Of a DNA stretch of 64,000 bases, positions 18,966 to 28,961 are shown in pieces. This DNA comes from an uncultured Chloroflexia bacterium (GTDB taxonomy: Bacteria > Chloroflexota > Anaerolineae > Anaerolineales > UBA4823). Both the position numbers and the translations under genes were made by a program. Every line of letters starts with the position of its first letter. Position 1 is the first letter of the stretch. The notes below the pieces were generated by a model. That model did no database searches. It saw only the letters and a program-made list of their open reading frames with translations, and had not been told where the DNA came from. The stretch is from the NCBI GenBank assembly GCA_963797475.1, contig CAWCPR010000019.1, forward strand, positions 186,987 to 250,986, in the 5' to 3' direction.

Positions 18966-19673
18966 TTATTCCAGCAGCGACCTGACTTTTCCCCAGATCT
19001 GCGCGAACATTTCAGTCGTTAATCTCCCCGTCTGGGTATTTTGCCGGCTGGGATGGTAGGAAGCAACCAGCCATGGGTTTTGTTCGCCCAAAGGATAAAC
19101 AACGCCGTGGGCGAACCCAAATCGATCTCCCTCAAGTCTTTTGCGGTGATAAATTCGCAGCACATTGTCAAAAGCGATCCTACCCAAAGCGACGATCACC
19201 TGTAAATTGTGCATCAACTGGATCTCAGCCTGCAAGAAAGGCAGGCAGTTGGCAATCTCTTGCGAGTTTGGCTTGTTTTGCGGAGGCGCGCACCGGCAAA
19301 CTGCGGAGATAAAAATGTCCTTCAAGACCAATCCATCATCTCGTGCGACAGATGTAGGCTGGTTTACAAAGCCGGCATTAAATAACGCACGAAACAGGAA
19401 TTCTCCCGAGCCATCCCCGGTAAACATCCGGCCCGTGCGGTTGGCGCCGTGTGCGCCTGGGGCCAGGCCGACAACGAGCACCTGTCCATGAGGATCTCCA
19501 AATCCGGGAACCGGCTTCCCCCAATAGATTTGCTCACGATAAGCGCGCCGGCGCTTTTCGGCCACCTCTTCTCTCCAGGAGACCAGGCGCGAGCATTTTC
19601 TGCACGAGCAGATCTGGTCTTCCAACCGGTCGAATTCAGGATAGAACGAATCTGCATTCATAAGCTCAAACAA
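18966..19673 (-). CDS. uracil-DNA glycosylase, family 4/5 (UdgB-like, Fe-S type)
   Basis: GLAPGAHGANRTGRMFTGD motif and an N-terminal Cys cluster (CSCRKCSRL). The start may instead be ATG at 19661. Confidence 0.8.
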   Translation of the reverse strand: MFELMNADSFYPEFDRLEDQICSCRKCSRLVSWREEVAEKRRRAYREQIYWGKPVPGFGDPHGQVLVVGLAPGAHGANRTGRMFTGDGSGEFLFRALFNAGFVNQPTSVARDDGLVLKDIFISAVCRCAPPQNKPNSQEIANCLPFLQAEIQLMHNLQVIVALGRIAFDNVLRIYHRKRLEGDRFGFAHGVVYPLGEQNPWLVASYHPSRQNTQTGRLTTEMFAQIWGKVRSLLE

Positions 19674-19694
19674 TTAACCCATTTACAACCCGGT

Positions 19695-20738
19695 TTATAA
19701 GATCAGCATCGCATCCCCAAAAGAATAAAAACGATAACCCTGCTGTTTGGCGACCGCGTAAGCGCTCAAGATGCGCTCCCGGCTGGCAAACGCGCTCACC
19801 AACATGATCAATGTGGATTTGGGGAGGTGGAAGTTGGTGATCAACGCGTCGACCACGCGGAATTTATAACCTGGCAGGATAAATAAATCGGTAGGGCCTT
19901 CGAATGGTCCAATGATCTCACCCGAACCTGCACGGTTGGCCGCGCTTTCCAGGGTGCGTACGCTCGTCGTCCCAACCGCGATGATGCGCCCTCCAGCCTG
20001 GTGAGCCCGGATGATATCCTCGGCTGCCTGGGTTGACACCTGGCACCATTCCGTATGAATTTTATGCTCTTTGGGGTGATCTTCAACAACTGGCGCAAAA
20101 GTATCCAGCCCAACATGCAGCGTGACGTAGGTGAAACCAATGCTCTGAGCTCGCAACCGGTTCAATAACTCGGGCGTGAAATGCAGCCCAGCCGTTGGAG
20201 CTGCGGCGGAGCCAGGCTGGCTGCCATACACCGTCTGGTAGCGCTCCGGATCGTTTAACGATTGATGGATGTAAGGAGGCAGCGGTACGTGCCCGATCTT
20301 CTCCAGGAAAGGCTCAATGGGCTCGCTAAACCGCACCTGCCGCCTGGGGCCCTCGTAAACTGAAGTAATCTCTGCCCGGGGTCCATCTTCTACCTGAACA
20401 GTTTTCCCTGTGGTCAATCCTTTCCCGCCGGCCAGGGCTTCCCAGGTGAGCTCGTCCATACGGCGCAGTAAAAGCAGCTCCACCCGACCCCCGCTGGGAA
20501 TTTTACGAGCGTAAAGCCTGGCAGGAATTACCCGAGTCTGGTTGAGAACCAGGAGGTCCCCCGGATTCAGAAACTGGTCGATGTTATGGAAAATCGCGTG
20601 GTGCAGGCGCCCACCTGCTCGATCCAATACCAGTAATCGTGAAGCGTCGCGAGGTTCAATAGGGGTTTGAGCGATAAATTCAGCAGGTAATTCGTAATCA
20701 AAATCGCTGGTATCTAATTGTCTTCTTTCTGGCATCAT
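19695..20738 (-). CDS. queA: S-adenosylmethionine:tRNA ribosyltransferase-isomerase
   Basis: FDYELPAEFIAQTPIEPRDASRLLVL. Length is 347 aa. Confidence 0.9.
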   Translation of the reverse strand: MMPERRQLDTSDFDYELPAEFIAQTPIEPRDASRLLVLDRAGGRLHHAIFHNIDQFLNPGDLLVLNQTRVIPARLYARKIPSGGRVELLLLRRMDELTWEALAGGKGLTTGKTVQVEDGPRAEITSVYEGPRRQVRFSEPIEPFLEKIGHVPLPPYIHQSLNDPERYQTVYGSQPGSAAAPTAGLHFTPELLNRLRAQSIGFTYVTLHVGLDTFAPVVEDHPKEHKIHTEWCQVSTQAAEDIIRAHQAGGRIIAVGTTSVRTLESAANRAGSGEIIGPFEGPTDLFILPGYKFRVVDALITNFHLPKSTLIMLVSAFASRERILSAYAVAKQQGYRFYSFGDAMLIL

Positions 20739-20962
20739 TTATTTAACAGCCGGACCACTAGGTTCAGCAAGACTGTCAGGAGGATCGAAAGCAAGATGGA
20801 TGTCACCAGGGGGAAAAAGCAACTGAAATTCCCACTTTGGATGTGGATATCGCCGGGCAGCCTGCCTAGCGGAAGGTTAGTCTTTGCTACTAAATATACA
20901 AGTCCGCCTAATATCACCAGGATGATCCCTAGAATGATTAAAATTCGAGCGAAATTCTCCAT
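20735..20962 (-). CDS. DUF2905-like small membrane protein
   Basis: 75 aa with LGRLPGDI..GN...FP..SI..S..LT pattern. ATGA overlap with queA. Confidence 0.6.
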   Translation of the reverse strand: MENFARILIILGIILVILGGLVYLVAKTNLPLGRLPGDIHIQSGNFSCFFPLVTSILLSILLTVLLNLVVRLLNK

Positions 20963-21019
20963 CTCACATCGGTCCGGAAATTCTCTTCATGCCGGCTAAA
21001 TATCTTTGCGCGCCTCAAC

Positions 21020-22044
21020 TCACATCAAACGCGGCTGGTTGTTGCTCGCATAGGGAATATTCAAATGTTCGTAAGCGAGTTTGGTTGCCACACGCCCTTG
21101 TGAGGTCCGCTCCAGGAAACCCAACTGCAGCAGGTAAGGCTCAACGACATCCATAATCGTATCTGGCTCCTCGCTGATCGAGGCTGCAATCGTGCTCAAT
21201 CCAACCGGGCCGCCGTTATACTTTTCTACCACCGTACGCAATACCCGCCTGTCCATATCATCCAGGCCCAGGGGATCCACATCCAATAAATCCAACGCTT
21301 CTTGTGAAACTGGCCTGGTGATCACGCCGCTGGCCCGGACTTCAGCATAATCCCGAACGCGACGAAGCAAGCGCAGTGCCACCCGCGGAGTCCCCGGCCG
21401 CGCAGGGCGATCTCATCTACACCTTCAGGGTCAGCTTCGATGCCAATAACTCCAGCCGCCCGCGAAACAATCGCTTTCATTGCGGGTAAGTCGTAGAAAT
21501 CCAACCGGTAAATCGCCCCGAACCTTGCCCGCAGTGGCGCCGTTACCAGGGCCAGACGAGTGGTCGCTCCGATCACGGTGAAGTGCGGCAGCTTCAAGCG
21601 GATGGAACGCGCCGAAGGGCCTTTGCCAATAACGATGTCCAGGGCGAAATCCTCCATCGCCGGGTAAAGTACTTCCTCAATGGAGCGACCTAAGCGGTGG
21701 ACTTCGTCGATAAAAAGGATATCCCCGGCTCGCAAATTGGTTAAAATTGCAGCTAAATCGCCGGGGCGCTCGATAGCTGGGCCGGCTGTGATTTTAATAT
21801 TCACGCCCATCTCGTTGGCAAGGATATGCGCAAGAGTCGTTTTCCCTAATCCTGGTGGACCGTAAAACATCACATGGTCCAACGGTTCTTCCCGCTGCCG
21901 CGCCGCTTCGATCAGGATTGCCAGATTTTCTTTCACCCGGTCCTGGCCGATTAAATCCGACAAGGTTTTGGGTCGCAGCGCCTGGTCCAGACGGTCTTCT
22001 GGCTGCGGAATTGGGTTTACCAGACGGTTATTCACATCATCCAT
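21020..22044 (-). CDS. ruvB: Holliday junction helicase RuvB, split by a 1-nt frameshift
   Basis: The two track ORFs (21322-22044 and 21020-21382) together make RuvB. Walker A is GPPGLGKTT. The frame switch falls between ...DEIALRGRG and [18 protein letters not shown], in the run at 21392-21395. Confidence 0.9.
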
Positions 22045-22141
22045 AAGGGCGATTATAACCTCTTGTTCTGTGGATTTAATGAATCATATCCAGAATCGGC
22101 GCATAAGATATAATAACGCCATCCCGCTTCAGGAGTAAATC

Positions 22142-22768
22142 ATGCCCAATATATTCCCGTCCCAGCATCCCCTTGTTGCTCACAAGTTGACCAAGCTGCG
22201 CGACAAAAACACGGACCCCAAGAAATTTCGCGAGCTCATCCGCGAGATCGCAGCATTAATGGCCTATGAGGCGACAGCCGATCTATTCTTAAAGTCGCGA
22301 ACGGTAGAAACGCCGCTGGATGTCGCCGCCGGGGCCGAATTAGCTGAAAAGATCGGCCTTGTGCCTATTTTGCGGGCCGGGCTTGGGATGGTTGAAGGCG
22401 TTTGGGGCTTAATGCCTTCTGCCGAGGTCTGGCACATCGGACTGTATCGGGACGAACGCACGCTCAAACCTGTGGAATATTATAATAAGCTTCCGGTGGA
22501 ACCCACCGTCTCCGTCTGTCTGATTTTAGATCCAATGCTGGCAACCGGTGGGTCAGCGGTCGCAACGGTGGACATTCTGAAACGCTGGGGGGTTAAAAAA
22601 ATCAAGTTCGTCGGCATCATTGGCGCGCCGGAGGGCATCCAACTGTTGCAAGCTCGCCACCCGGAAGTGCCAATTCACCTGGCTGCGGTCGACCTGCGCC
22701 TGAATGAAAATGGTTACATCTTACCTGGATTAGGAGATGCGGGCGACCGCCAATTTGGAACAGGGTAG
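22142..22768 (+). CDS. upp: uracil phosphoribosyltransferase
   Basis: [29 protein letters not shown] is AGGAG. Confidence 0.9.
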   Translation: MPNIFPSQHPLVAHKLTKLRDKNTDPKKFRELIREIAALMAYEATADLFLKSRTVETPLDVAAGAELAEKIGLVPILRAGLGMVEGVWGLMPSAEVWHIGLYRDERTLKPVEYYNKLPVEPTVSVCLILDPMLATGGSAVATVDILKRWGVKKIKFVGIIGAPEGIQLLQARHPEVPIHLAAVDLRLNENGYILPGLGDAGDRQFGTG

Positions 22769-22775
22769 TCTCATC

Positions 22776-25025
22776 ATGTCTTCAGAGAAAATCGGACGCT
22801 ACGAAATAAAAGTTGAGCTTGGCCGGGGAGGCATGGCGACGGTTTATCATGCGTACGATCCCAGCTTCGAGCGCGATGTTGCCATTAAGGTCTTACCCCA
22901 GGTATTTCTTCATGACCCGCAGTTCCGCACCCGTTTCGAACGGGAAGCCAAAATGATCGCTCTGCTTGAGCATCCGGCTATCGTTCCTGTTTACGACTTT
23001 GGTGAGGATCACGAACAACCCTATATTGTCATGCGCTATATGTCAGGGGGTTCATTGGCAGATCGCATCAAACAAGGTGCGCTCACTGCGGAAGAGACAG
23101 CCAGTACGCTTTCCCGCTTGGCCCCGGCGTTGGATGCAGCCCATGCACGCGGCATCATCCATCGGGATCTGAAACCGGGAAACATACTATACGACCAATA
23201 CGATAACGCTTTTCTGTCTGATTTTGGCATCGCACGGCTGGTGCAGGAAGGCGGGGCCACATTAACCGGCGGAAATATCCTCGGAACCCCGGCTTACATG
23301 AGCCCGGAGCAAGTTCAAGGGGATAAAGCCTTAGATGGGCGCAGCGATATCTACGCCCTGGGGGTTTTGATCTATCAAATGCTCACAGGCCAACTGCCGT
23401 ACCAGGCCGATACGCCGACCAAAACGATGATGATGCACCTGCTCGAACCAGTGCCGCATATCAAAGAAAAGAAAAGCGAGTTGCCGATCGGGATCGATGA
23501 TGTCATCGCGAAAGCAATGGCGAAAGAGCCAGGCGATCGTTTCGCGACAGCCGGCGAGCTGGCGGCAGCCCTGGAGGCCGCCAGCCGAGGCCAACTCCCA
23601 ACCCAGACCATTATCTCGGGGGGGAAAATCAACGCCGCAGCTCAAACCATGGTCTCAATCCCCAAAAATACCTCGACCGTAAGCCCTGCGGGGGCGTTTT
23701 CTGGGGCAGCATCTATTGCCAGCAAACCTGTCTCAATTCCTTCCGGAATTCCGCCGGCTGGCAGGCGCTGGTCTGCCCTGGCGATAACGATCCCAATCGT
23801 CATCCTGGTTATCGCCGGCGTGATCGCTGTTATTGGATTCGCTTTCTTGGGGATGCGAGGCAATGGACCTCTCGCTTTCCTGGCGAAAACACCTACTGCG
23901 CTGCCCAGCCCCACATCCAGCGCCACCGCCCTCCTCACATTGCCGCCCGCCACGCTTACCTTGACAGTACAACCTATCGCTGTGGTTTTGCCAAGCGAGA
24001 CGCCTACCCCCACCTCCACGCTCTCTCCCTCCGAGACTCCAATCCCGTCAACTGCGACGGCTACGGAAACCTTACCCCCGGCTGCACCGGTTATCGGCGG
24101 CGCGGATAAAATCGCCTATCTAAATGCCGGCAATTTATGGATCGCAAACCTGGACGGCAGCGGGTTGGCTCAATTGACCAGCGATGGCGCATCGAAAACA
24201 AACTTAAGATGGTCGAACGATGGAAAATCGATTTATTACATCACCGGAAATTGTGTCCAGAGCGTAGAGATCGAGTCAGGTAGGATCGACATCCTAACTT
24301 GTATAAACTTCATCAACTCCTTTAAAGCTTTCGAGATTTCCCCTGATAACAGCCAGATCGCCTTAAGCCTGGATAACCAATTGTATATCATCGCTTATGA
24401 TATCGACCGGTTGGATCAAGTAAAAACCCGCTCCGATATTGCTGCCATGGCTGAATGCGGCGATTTTGCCCCGTATCAGCGCAATTTTGTCCAGGGTATT
24501 CGCTGGTCCAAGGATGGGATGTCGATCGCCGCAAAACTGCTGATTCCCCTGGCAGACGGAAAACAAGGCAACGCCATCCAGATCCTCCCGATCGACCGCT
24601 GTATTCCTAATCCACGAGCAATCGATAATTTTCCCCGGCCGCGTTTCCAAATGAAAGGGTACGATCAAAACCCGTTCATCCAAAATTTTTCCTGGGATGG
24701 GGTATTTCTTTTTGCATTAACTAACAATGTCCGCAATGATGGCTTCGGCGACTTGTATGTTTATAATTCGGATTTGCATAAAGCCCGCCTGGAGATCAAT
24801 CCAATCGATAATAAGTGCTGTTATCGTGACCCACAATGGAGTCCGGATGGAAATTATTTGATCTTGGCATTTCAAGATTATTCGCAAGGCTCAAACAGCG
24901 TTACCAGGCTTTATTACGTGCCATACGGCAGTATTGGCACAGGTGTGCAGTATTCTCCCATTCCATTACCCGATATCAGCAACCAGCGAGAAAAACCACA
25001 GCCAGTCTTACGACCGGCTCAATAA
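22776..25025 (+). CDS. Ser/Thr protein kinase with TM segment, Pro/Thr linker and C-terminal PD40/TolB-like beta-propeller
   Basis: GRGGMATVY, HRDLKPGNIL, DFGIAR, then TM ITIPIVILVIAGVIAVIGFAFL. C-terminal repeats such as IAYLNAGNLWIANLDGSG..LTSDG. Confidence 0.85.
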   Translation: MSSEKIGRYEIKVELGRGGMATVYHAYDPSFERDVAIKVLPQVFLHDPQFRTRFEREAKMIALLEHPAIVPVYDFGEDHEQPYIVMRYMSGGSLADRIKQGALTAEETASTLSRLAPALDAAHARGIIHRDLKPGNILYDQYDNAFLSDFGIARLVQEGGATLTGGNILGTPAYMSPEQVQGDKALDGRSDIYALGVLIYQMLTGQLPYQADTPTKTMMMHLLEPVPHIKEKKSELPIGIDDVIAKAMAKEPGDRFATAGELAAALEAASRGQLPTQTIISGGKINAAAQTMVSIPKNTSTVSPAGAFSGAASIASKPVSIPSGIPPAGRRWSALAITIPIVILVIAGVIAVIGFAFLGMRGNGPLAFLAKTPTALPSPTSSATALLTLPPATLTLTVQPIAVVLPSETPTPTSTLSPSETPIPSTATATETLPPAAPVIGGADKIAYLNAGNLWIANLDGSGLAQLTSDGASKTNLRWSNDGKSIYYITGNCVQSVEIESGRIDILTCINFINSFKAFEISPDNSQIALSLDNQLYIIAYDIDRLDQVKTRSDIAAMAECGDFAPYQRNFVQGIRWSKDGMSIAAKLLIPLADGKQGNAIQILPIDRCIPNPRAIDNFPRPRFQMKGYDQNPFIQNFSWDGVFLFALTNNVRNDGFGDLYVYNSDLHKARLEINPIDNKCCYRDPQWSPDGNYLILAFQDYSQGSNSVTRLYYVPYGSIGTGVQYSPIPLPDISNQREKPQPVLRPAQ

Positions 25026-25061
25026 TTATTACGCAGTGCGTCATTTTCTAACCTTGAAAGC

Positions 25062-25090
25062 TTGTAATCGACCAGGGATATTGTTATAAT
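25062..25090 (+). promoter_or_regulatory. sigma-70-type promoter candidate TTGTAA-N17-TATAAT
   Basis: -35 TTGTAA at 25062-25067, 17-nt spacer, perfect -10 TATAAT at 25085-25090. It lies 49 nt upstream of the small ORF and 269 nt upstream of aceB. Confidence 0.4.
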
Positions 25091-25138
25091 TAACACAAGT
25101 TGTTGAATGATGATAAAAGCCGATAGATGGAGGTGCGT

Positions 25139-25279
25139 ATGTTCTCAGGTTATGGACCACCTGTCCTGCCTTCTGGAATTCCTACATTGATGGATGATCG
25201 TCCAGAGAAAAAGGCGAAGCCAAATTTGATCAAAATATTCTTTCGCTGGATTGCTCGTTTATATCGTGAAATTGGATAA
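25139..25279 (+). CDS. possible 46-aa small protein / leader ORF upstream of aceBA
   Basis: GGAGG lies 5 nt before the ATG. The product is MFSGYGPPVLPSGIPTLMDDRPEKKAKPNLIKIFFRWIARLYREIG. It is below the ORF-track size cutoff. Confidence 0.3.
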   Translation: MFSGYGPPVLPSGIPTLMDDRPEKKAKPNLIKIFFRWIARLYREIG

Positions 25280-25358
25280 TTAGATTGTTATGAATTGATA
25301 ACCAGAGCGAAGCTTTCGAGCTCGCTCCAACTATTTGCAAGCGAAAAAGGAGGGATTT

Positions 25359-26966
25359 ATGCATTCAGCGCTTCCAGCAGGAATTGAGTTAAAAGGCCCC
25401 ATCAAACCAGGGTTCGATAAAATCCTTACCCCGGCTGCCCTGGCGTTTGTCGCCGGGCTCCAACGCGAGTTCAATTCTACCCGCAAGACCTTACTTTCAA
25501 AACGAGTTGAAAGGCAGCAAGCGTTTGACGCCGGTGAGTTGCCGGATTTTCTCCCGTCCACATTGGCTATACGAAATGACCGCACCTGGAGAGTCGCTGA
25601 CACTCCTACCGATTTGCAAAAGCGGCGCGTGGAAATCACGGGACCAACGGATCGCAAAATGATGATCAACGCCTTCAATTCTGGGGCAAGCGTCTTCATG
25701 GCCGATTTTGAAGACGCCAATTCACCCACCTGGCAGAACATGGTCGAAGGACAGGTCAACTTGCGTGATGCCATCGACGCTTCAATATCCTACACCAGCC
25801 CAGATGGGAAGCGCTACACCCTGAATGAGCAAGTCGCGGTATTGATGGTCCGTCCGCGTGGCTGGCACCTGAACGAAATTCATTTACTCATCGACGGCGA
25901 ACCCGTATCCGGATCCCTTTTCGACTTTGGCCTGTTCATTTTCCACAACGCCCGCCATTTACTGGAGAATGGGACCGGGCCATACCTCTACCTGCCCAAG
26001 CTCGAAAGCCACCTGGAAGCGCGCTTATGGAACGAAGTTTTCCTCCTTGCTCAAGACCAGCTTGGCCTGAGGCGCGGCACGATCCGCGCTACGGTGCTCA
26101 TTGAAACCATTCTGGCCGCGTTCGAAATGGAGGAGATCCTTTACGAATTACGCGATCATTCCGCCGGGCTCAACGCGGGTCGTTGGGACTACATTTTTAG
26201 CGTCATCAAGAAATTCCGCAACCAACCTGGATTCTTGCTGCCAGATCGCGGCCAGATTACCATGACTGTGCCATTTATGCGCGCTTATACAGAGCTTCTG
26301 GTAAAGACCTGCCACCAGCGAGGCGCTCACGCCATAGGCGGAATGGCCGCTTACATTCCCAGCCGGCGGGATCCGGTTGTAAATGAGATTGCTTTAGAAA
26401 AGGTTCGCGAAGACAAACGTCGAGAGTCTGGAGACGGTTTTGACGGCACCTGGGTGGCGCATCCCGATTTGGTGCCGGTCGCCATGGAAGTGTTCAATCA
26501 GAAATTGGGCGAAAAACCCCACCAAAAAGAACGTTTGAGAGCGGACGTCCATGTGACCGCCGCGGACTTGACACATTTCAAAATTGAAGGCGCTGAGATC
26601 ACGGAACAAGGCTTACGCCAGAATATCACTGTTCCCCTGCAGTATCTCGAGTCCTGGCTGCGTGGAACCGGCGCGGTGGCGATATTTAATTTGATGGAGG
26701 ATACTGCCACCGCGGAAATTTCTCGCGCGCAGGTATGGCAGTGGCTGCATAACCAGGAGGCCTGTCTTGCAGATGGCCGGCAGGTAAATAAGCAGCTCGT
26801 TCGAAGCATGCTGCCGGAAGAACTGGAAAAAATAAAGGTGTTGTTTGGCGAACAGCTTTTCAACCAGGGGAAATTCGAGCTTGCCAGCCAGTTGTTTGAC
26901 AAGCTTGTTACGGAAGATAGTTTCACCGAATTCCTGACATGGGCCGCTTATGGCCAACTAGACTGA
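25359..26966 (+). CDS. aceB: malate synthase A
   Basis: ATG at 25359 follows AAGGAGGG. About 535 aa, with malate synthase A blocks (e.g. [13 protein letters not shown]). Confidence 0.9.
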   Translation: MHSALPAGIELKGPIKPGFDKILTPAALAFVAGLQREFNSTRKTLLSKRVERQQAFDAGELPDFLPSTLAIRNDRTWRVADTPTDLQKRRVEITGPTDRKMMINAFNSGASVFMADFEDANSPTWQNMVEGQVNLRDAIDASISYTSPDGKRYTLNEQVAVLMVRPRGWHLNEIHLLIDGEPVSGSLFDFGLFIFHNARHLLENGTGPYLYLPKLESHLEARLWNEVFLLAQDQLGLRRGTIRATVLIETILAAFEMEEILYELRDHSAGLNAGRWDYIFSVIKKFRNQPGFLLPDRGQITMTVPFMRAYTELLVKTCHQRGAHAIGGMAAYIPSRRDPVVNEIALEKVREDKRRESGDGFDGTWVAHPDLVPVAMEVFNQKLGEKPHQKERLRADVHVTAADLTHFKIEGAEITEQGLRQNITVPLQYLESWLRGTGAVAIFNLMEDTATAEISRAQVWQWLHNQEACLADGRQVNKQLVRSMLPEELEKIKVLFGEQLFNQGKFELASQLFDKLVTEDSFTEFLTWAAYGQLD

Positions 26967-26986
26967 GATTCAGGAGAATTCTACAC

Positions 26987-28300
26987 ATGTACACGCAGGA
27001 GCAAATCGATTCATTGGCAACTTCGTGGGAGAAAGATAAACGCTGGTCCGGCATCACCCGGACCTATTCTGCCGAAGATGTCATCCGGCTGCGTGGCTCT
27101 TTGCAGCTCGATCACACTTTGGCGAAGTTAGGCGCGACAAAGCTGTGGAGCCTTTTACAGAACGAACCATACGTCCAGTCGCTCGGGGCTCTCAGTGGAA
27201 ACCAGGCCGTCCAAATGGTGCAGGCCGGCCTGCAAGCGATATACGTCAGCGGCTGGCAGATCGCCGGTGACAGCAATACAGCTTATGAAACCTATCCGGA
27301 TCAAAGCCTTTACCCAGTGGACTCAGCCCCTACCCTTATTCGCCGGATCAATCATGCATTGACGCGCGCAGATCAAATCCAACACATGGAAAATCGAGAA
27401 GGCATCGATTGGTTCGTCCCGATCGTTGCAGACGCTGAAGCCGGCTTTGGCGGACCATTGAATACCTTCGAATTAATAAAATCGATGATCGAGGCAGGGG
27501 CAGCCGGCATCCATCTTGAAGACCAGCTTTCCTCTTTGAAGAAATGTGGCCACATGGGCGGAAAGGTGCTGGTGCCGGCCTCGATTTTTATTCAGAAGTT
27601 GATCACTGCTCGTCTGGCGGCAGATGTAATGAGCGTCCCGACTTTGATCATCGCCCGCACAGATGCTGACTCAGCAACGCTGATTCGCTCCGATTCAGAC
27701 CCGGTAGACCAACCCTATCTGACTGGAGAACGCTCCTTCGAAGGTTATTTCTACTTGAAGGGCGGCGTCGAATATGCAATTCAACGCGGCCTGGCATTCG
27801 CCCCTTATGCCGATATGGTCTGGTGCGAGACGACGAAACCTGATATTGGTGAAGCGCGCGAATTTGCGCAGGGCATCCACGAGAAGTTTCCAGGCAAGTG
27901 GCTGGCATATAACTGTTCCCCTTCCTTTAACTGGCGGCGCAACCTGGATGACGAGAGCCTTTTGACGTTTCAGGAATACCTGGGTGAGATGGGTTACAAA
28001 TTCCAGTTCATTACCCTGGCAGGCTTTCATACATTGAACGCCAGTATGTTCGAGCTGGCGCACTGCTATAAACAGGAAGGGATGGCTGCCTATGCCAGGT
28101 TTCAAACGCATGAGTTTGATCTCGAAGACCGTTACGGTTATCGAGCGATTAAACACCAGAGCTTTGTTGGGGCCGGTTATTTCGATGAAGTTTTAATGAC
28201 CGTTTCGGAGCGGCAGGCTTCAACGACTGCGATGAAAGGATCTACTGAAGAGGATCAGTTTAAACCGCCTCAATATGATGAGGACATCATCCCTCTGTAA
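26987..28300 (+). CDS. aceA: isocitrate lyase
   Basis: ATG at 26987 follows CAGGAG. Signature KKCGHMGGK is present. Length 437 aa. Confidence 0.9.
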   Translation: MYTQEQIDSLATSWEKDKRWSGITRTYSAEDVIRLRGSLQLDHTLAKLGATKLWSLLQNEPYVQSLGALSGNQAVQMVQAGLQAIYVSGWQIAGDSNTAYETYPDQSLYPVDSAPTLIRRINHALTRADQIQHMENREGIDWFVPIVADAEAGFGGPLNTFELIKSMIEAGAAGIHLEDQLSSLKKCGHMGGKVLVPASIFIQKLITARLAADVMSVPTLIIARTDADSATLIRSDSDPVDQPYLTGERSFEGYFYLKGGVEYAIQRGLAFAPYADMVWCETTKPDIGEAREFAQGIHEKFPGKWLAYNCSPSFNWRRNLDDESLLTFQEYLGEMGYKFQFITLAGFHTLNASMFELAHCYKQEGMAAYARFQTHEFDLEDRYGYRAIKHQSFVGAGYFDEVLMTVSERQASTTAMKGSTEEDQFKPPQYDEDIIPL

Positions 28301-28313
28301 ACCTATTTTTACT

Positions 28314-28961
28314 TTATTCTACTTCCTGGCCTATCAAGCCCATTTGGATCGCCTTGCTAACCGCCTCCGCCCGGTTGGCAGCTTCGAGTTTTTCCAAAAT
28401 ATGGCGAACGTGTGTTTTAACGGTGTTCTCAGAGATGAAAAGCTCCTCGGCGATCTGTGCAGTCGTCATGCCTTGCGCTAGGCATTCCAGCACTTCCATT
28501 TCACGACTGCTCAACCCCATATCCGGCGGGCGCGCCTGGTCCAGATTAACTGCCTGGAGAACCTGCCTCGTAACATAGGGTGAAAGCACTGACATCCCTT
28601 GATGAACCAACAGAATGGATTTACGCAATTCCTCAGGTTCAGCGTTTTTCAACAAATATCCGTCTGCGCCGGCGGTGATTGCTCCCAGCAGGTCTTCCTC
28701 ATTCTTGGAGATGGTCAACATTAAAATACGGCTTTGCGCTCTTTTTTTCAGAATCCGCACGGTCTCTACACCACCCATCCCAGGCATATTGACATCTAAT
28801 AATACGACGTCTGGTTGGACCTCATGGATTATTTCCACGGCGCTTTCACCGTCCCCAGCCTCCCCAACCACCTGGAATTCCGGCATTTCACCTAACAAAC
28901 TGATCAGACCTGCCCGAAAAAGGGCATGATCGTCGACTACAACCAGGCGGATCCGATTCAT
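28314..28961 (-). CDS. NarL/FixJ-family response regulator (REC + LuxR-type HTH)
   Basis: VVVDDHALFR...DVVLLDVNMPGMGG and C-terminal LSSREMEVLECLAQGMTTAQIAEELFISENTVKTHV. Confidence 0.85.
   Translation of the reverse strand: MNRIRLVVVDDHALFRAGLISLLGEMPEFQVVGEAGDGESAVEIIHEVQPDVVLLDVNMPGMGGVETVRILKKRAQSRILMLTISKNEEDLLGAITAGADGYLLKNAEPEELRKSILLVHQGMSVLSPYVTRQVLQAVNLDQARPPDMGLSSREMEVLECLAQGMTTAQIAEELFISENTVKTHVRHILEKLEAANRAEAVSKAIQMGLIGQEVE

Noticed and set aside
21366-21381. Perfectly spaced sigma-54-like motif TGGCAC-TGCGC-TTGCT on the minus strand.
   Set aside because: It lies inside the ruvB coding sequence and encodes the conserved VALRLL segment. It is most likely coincidental, with no intergenic context.
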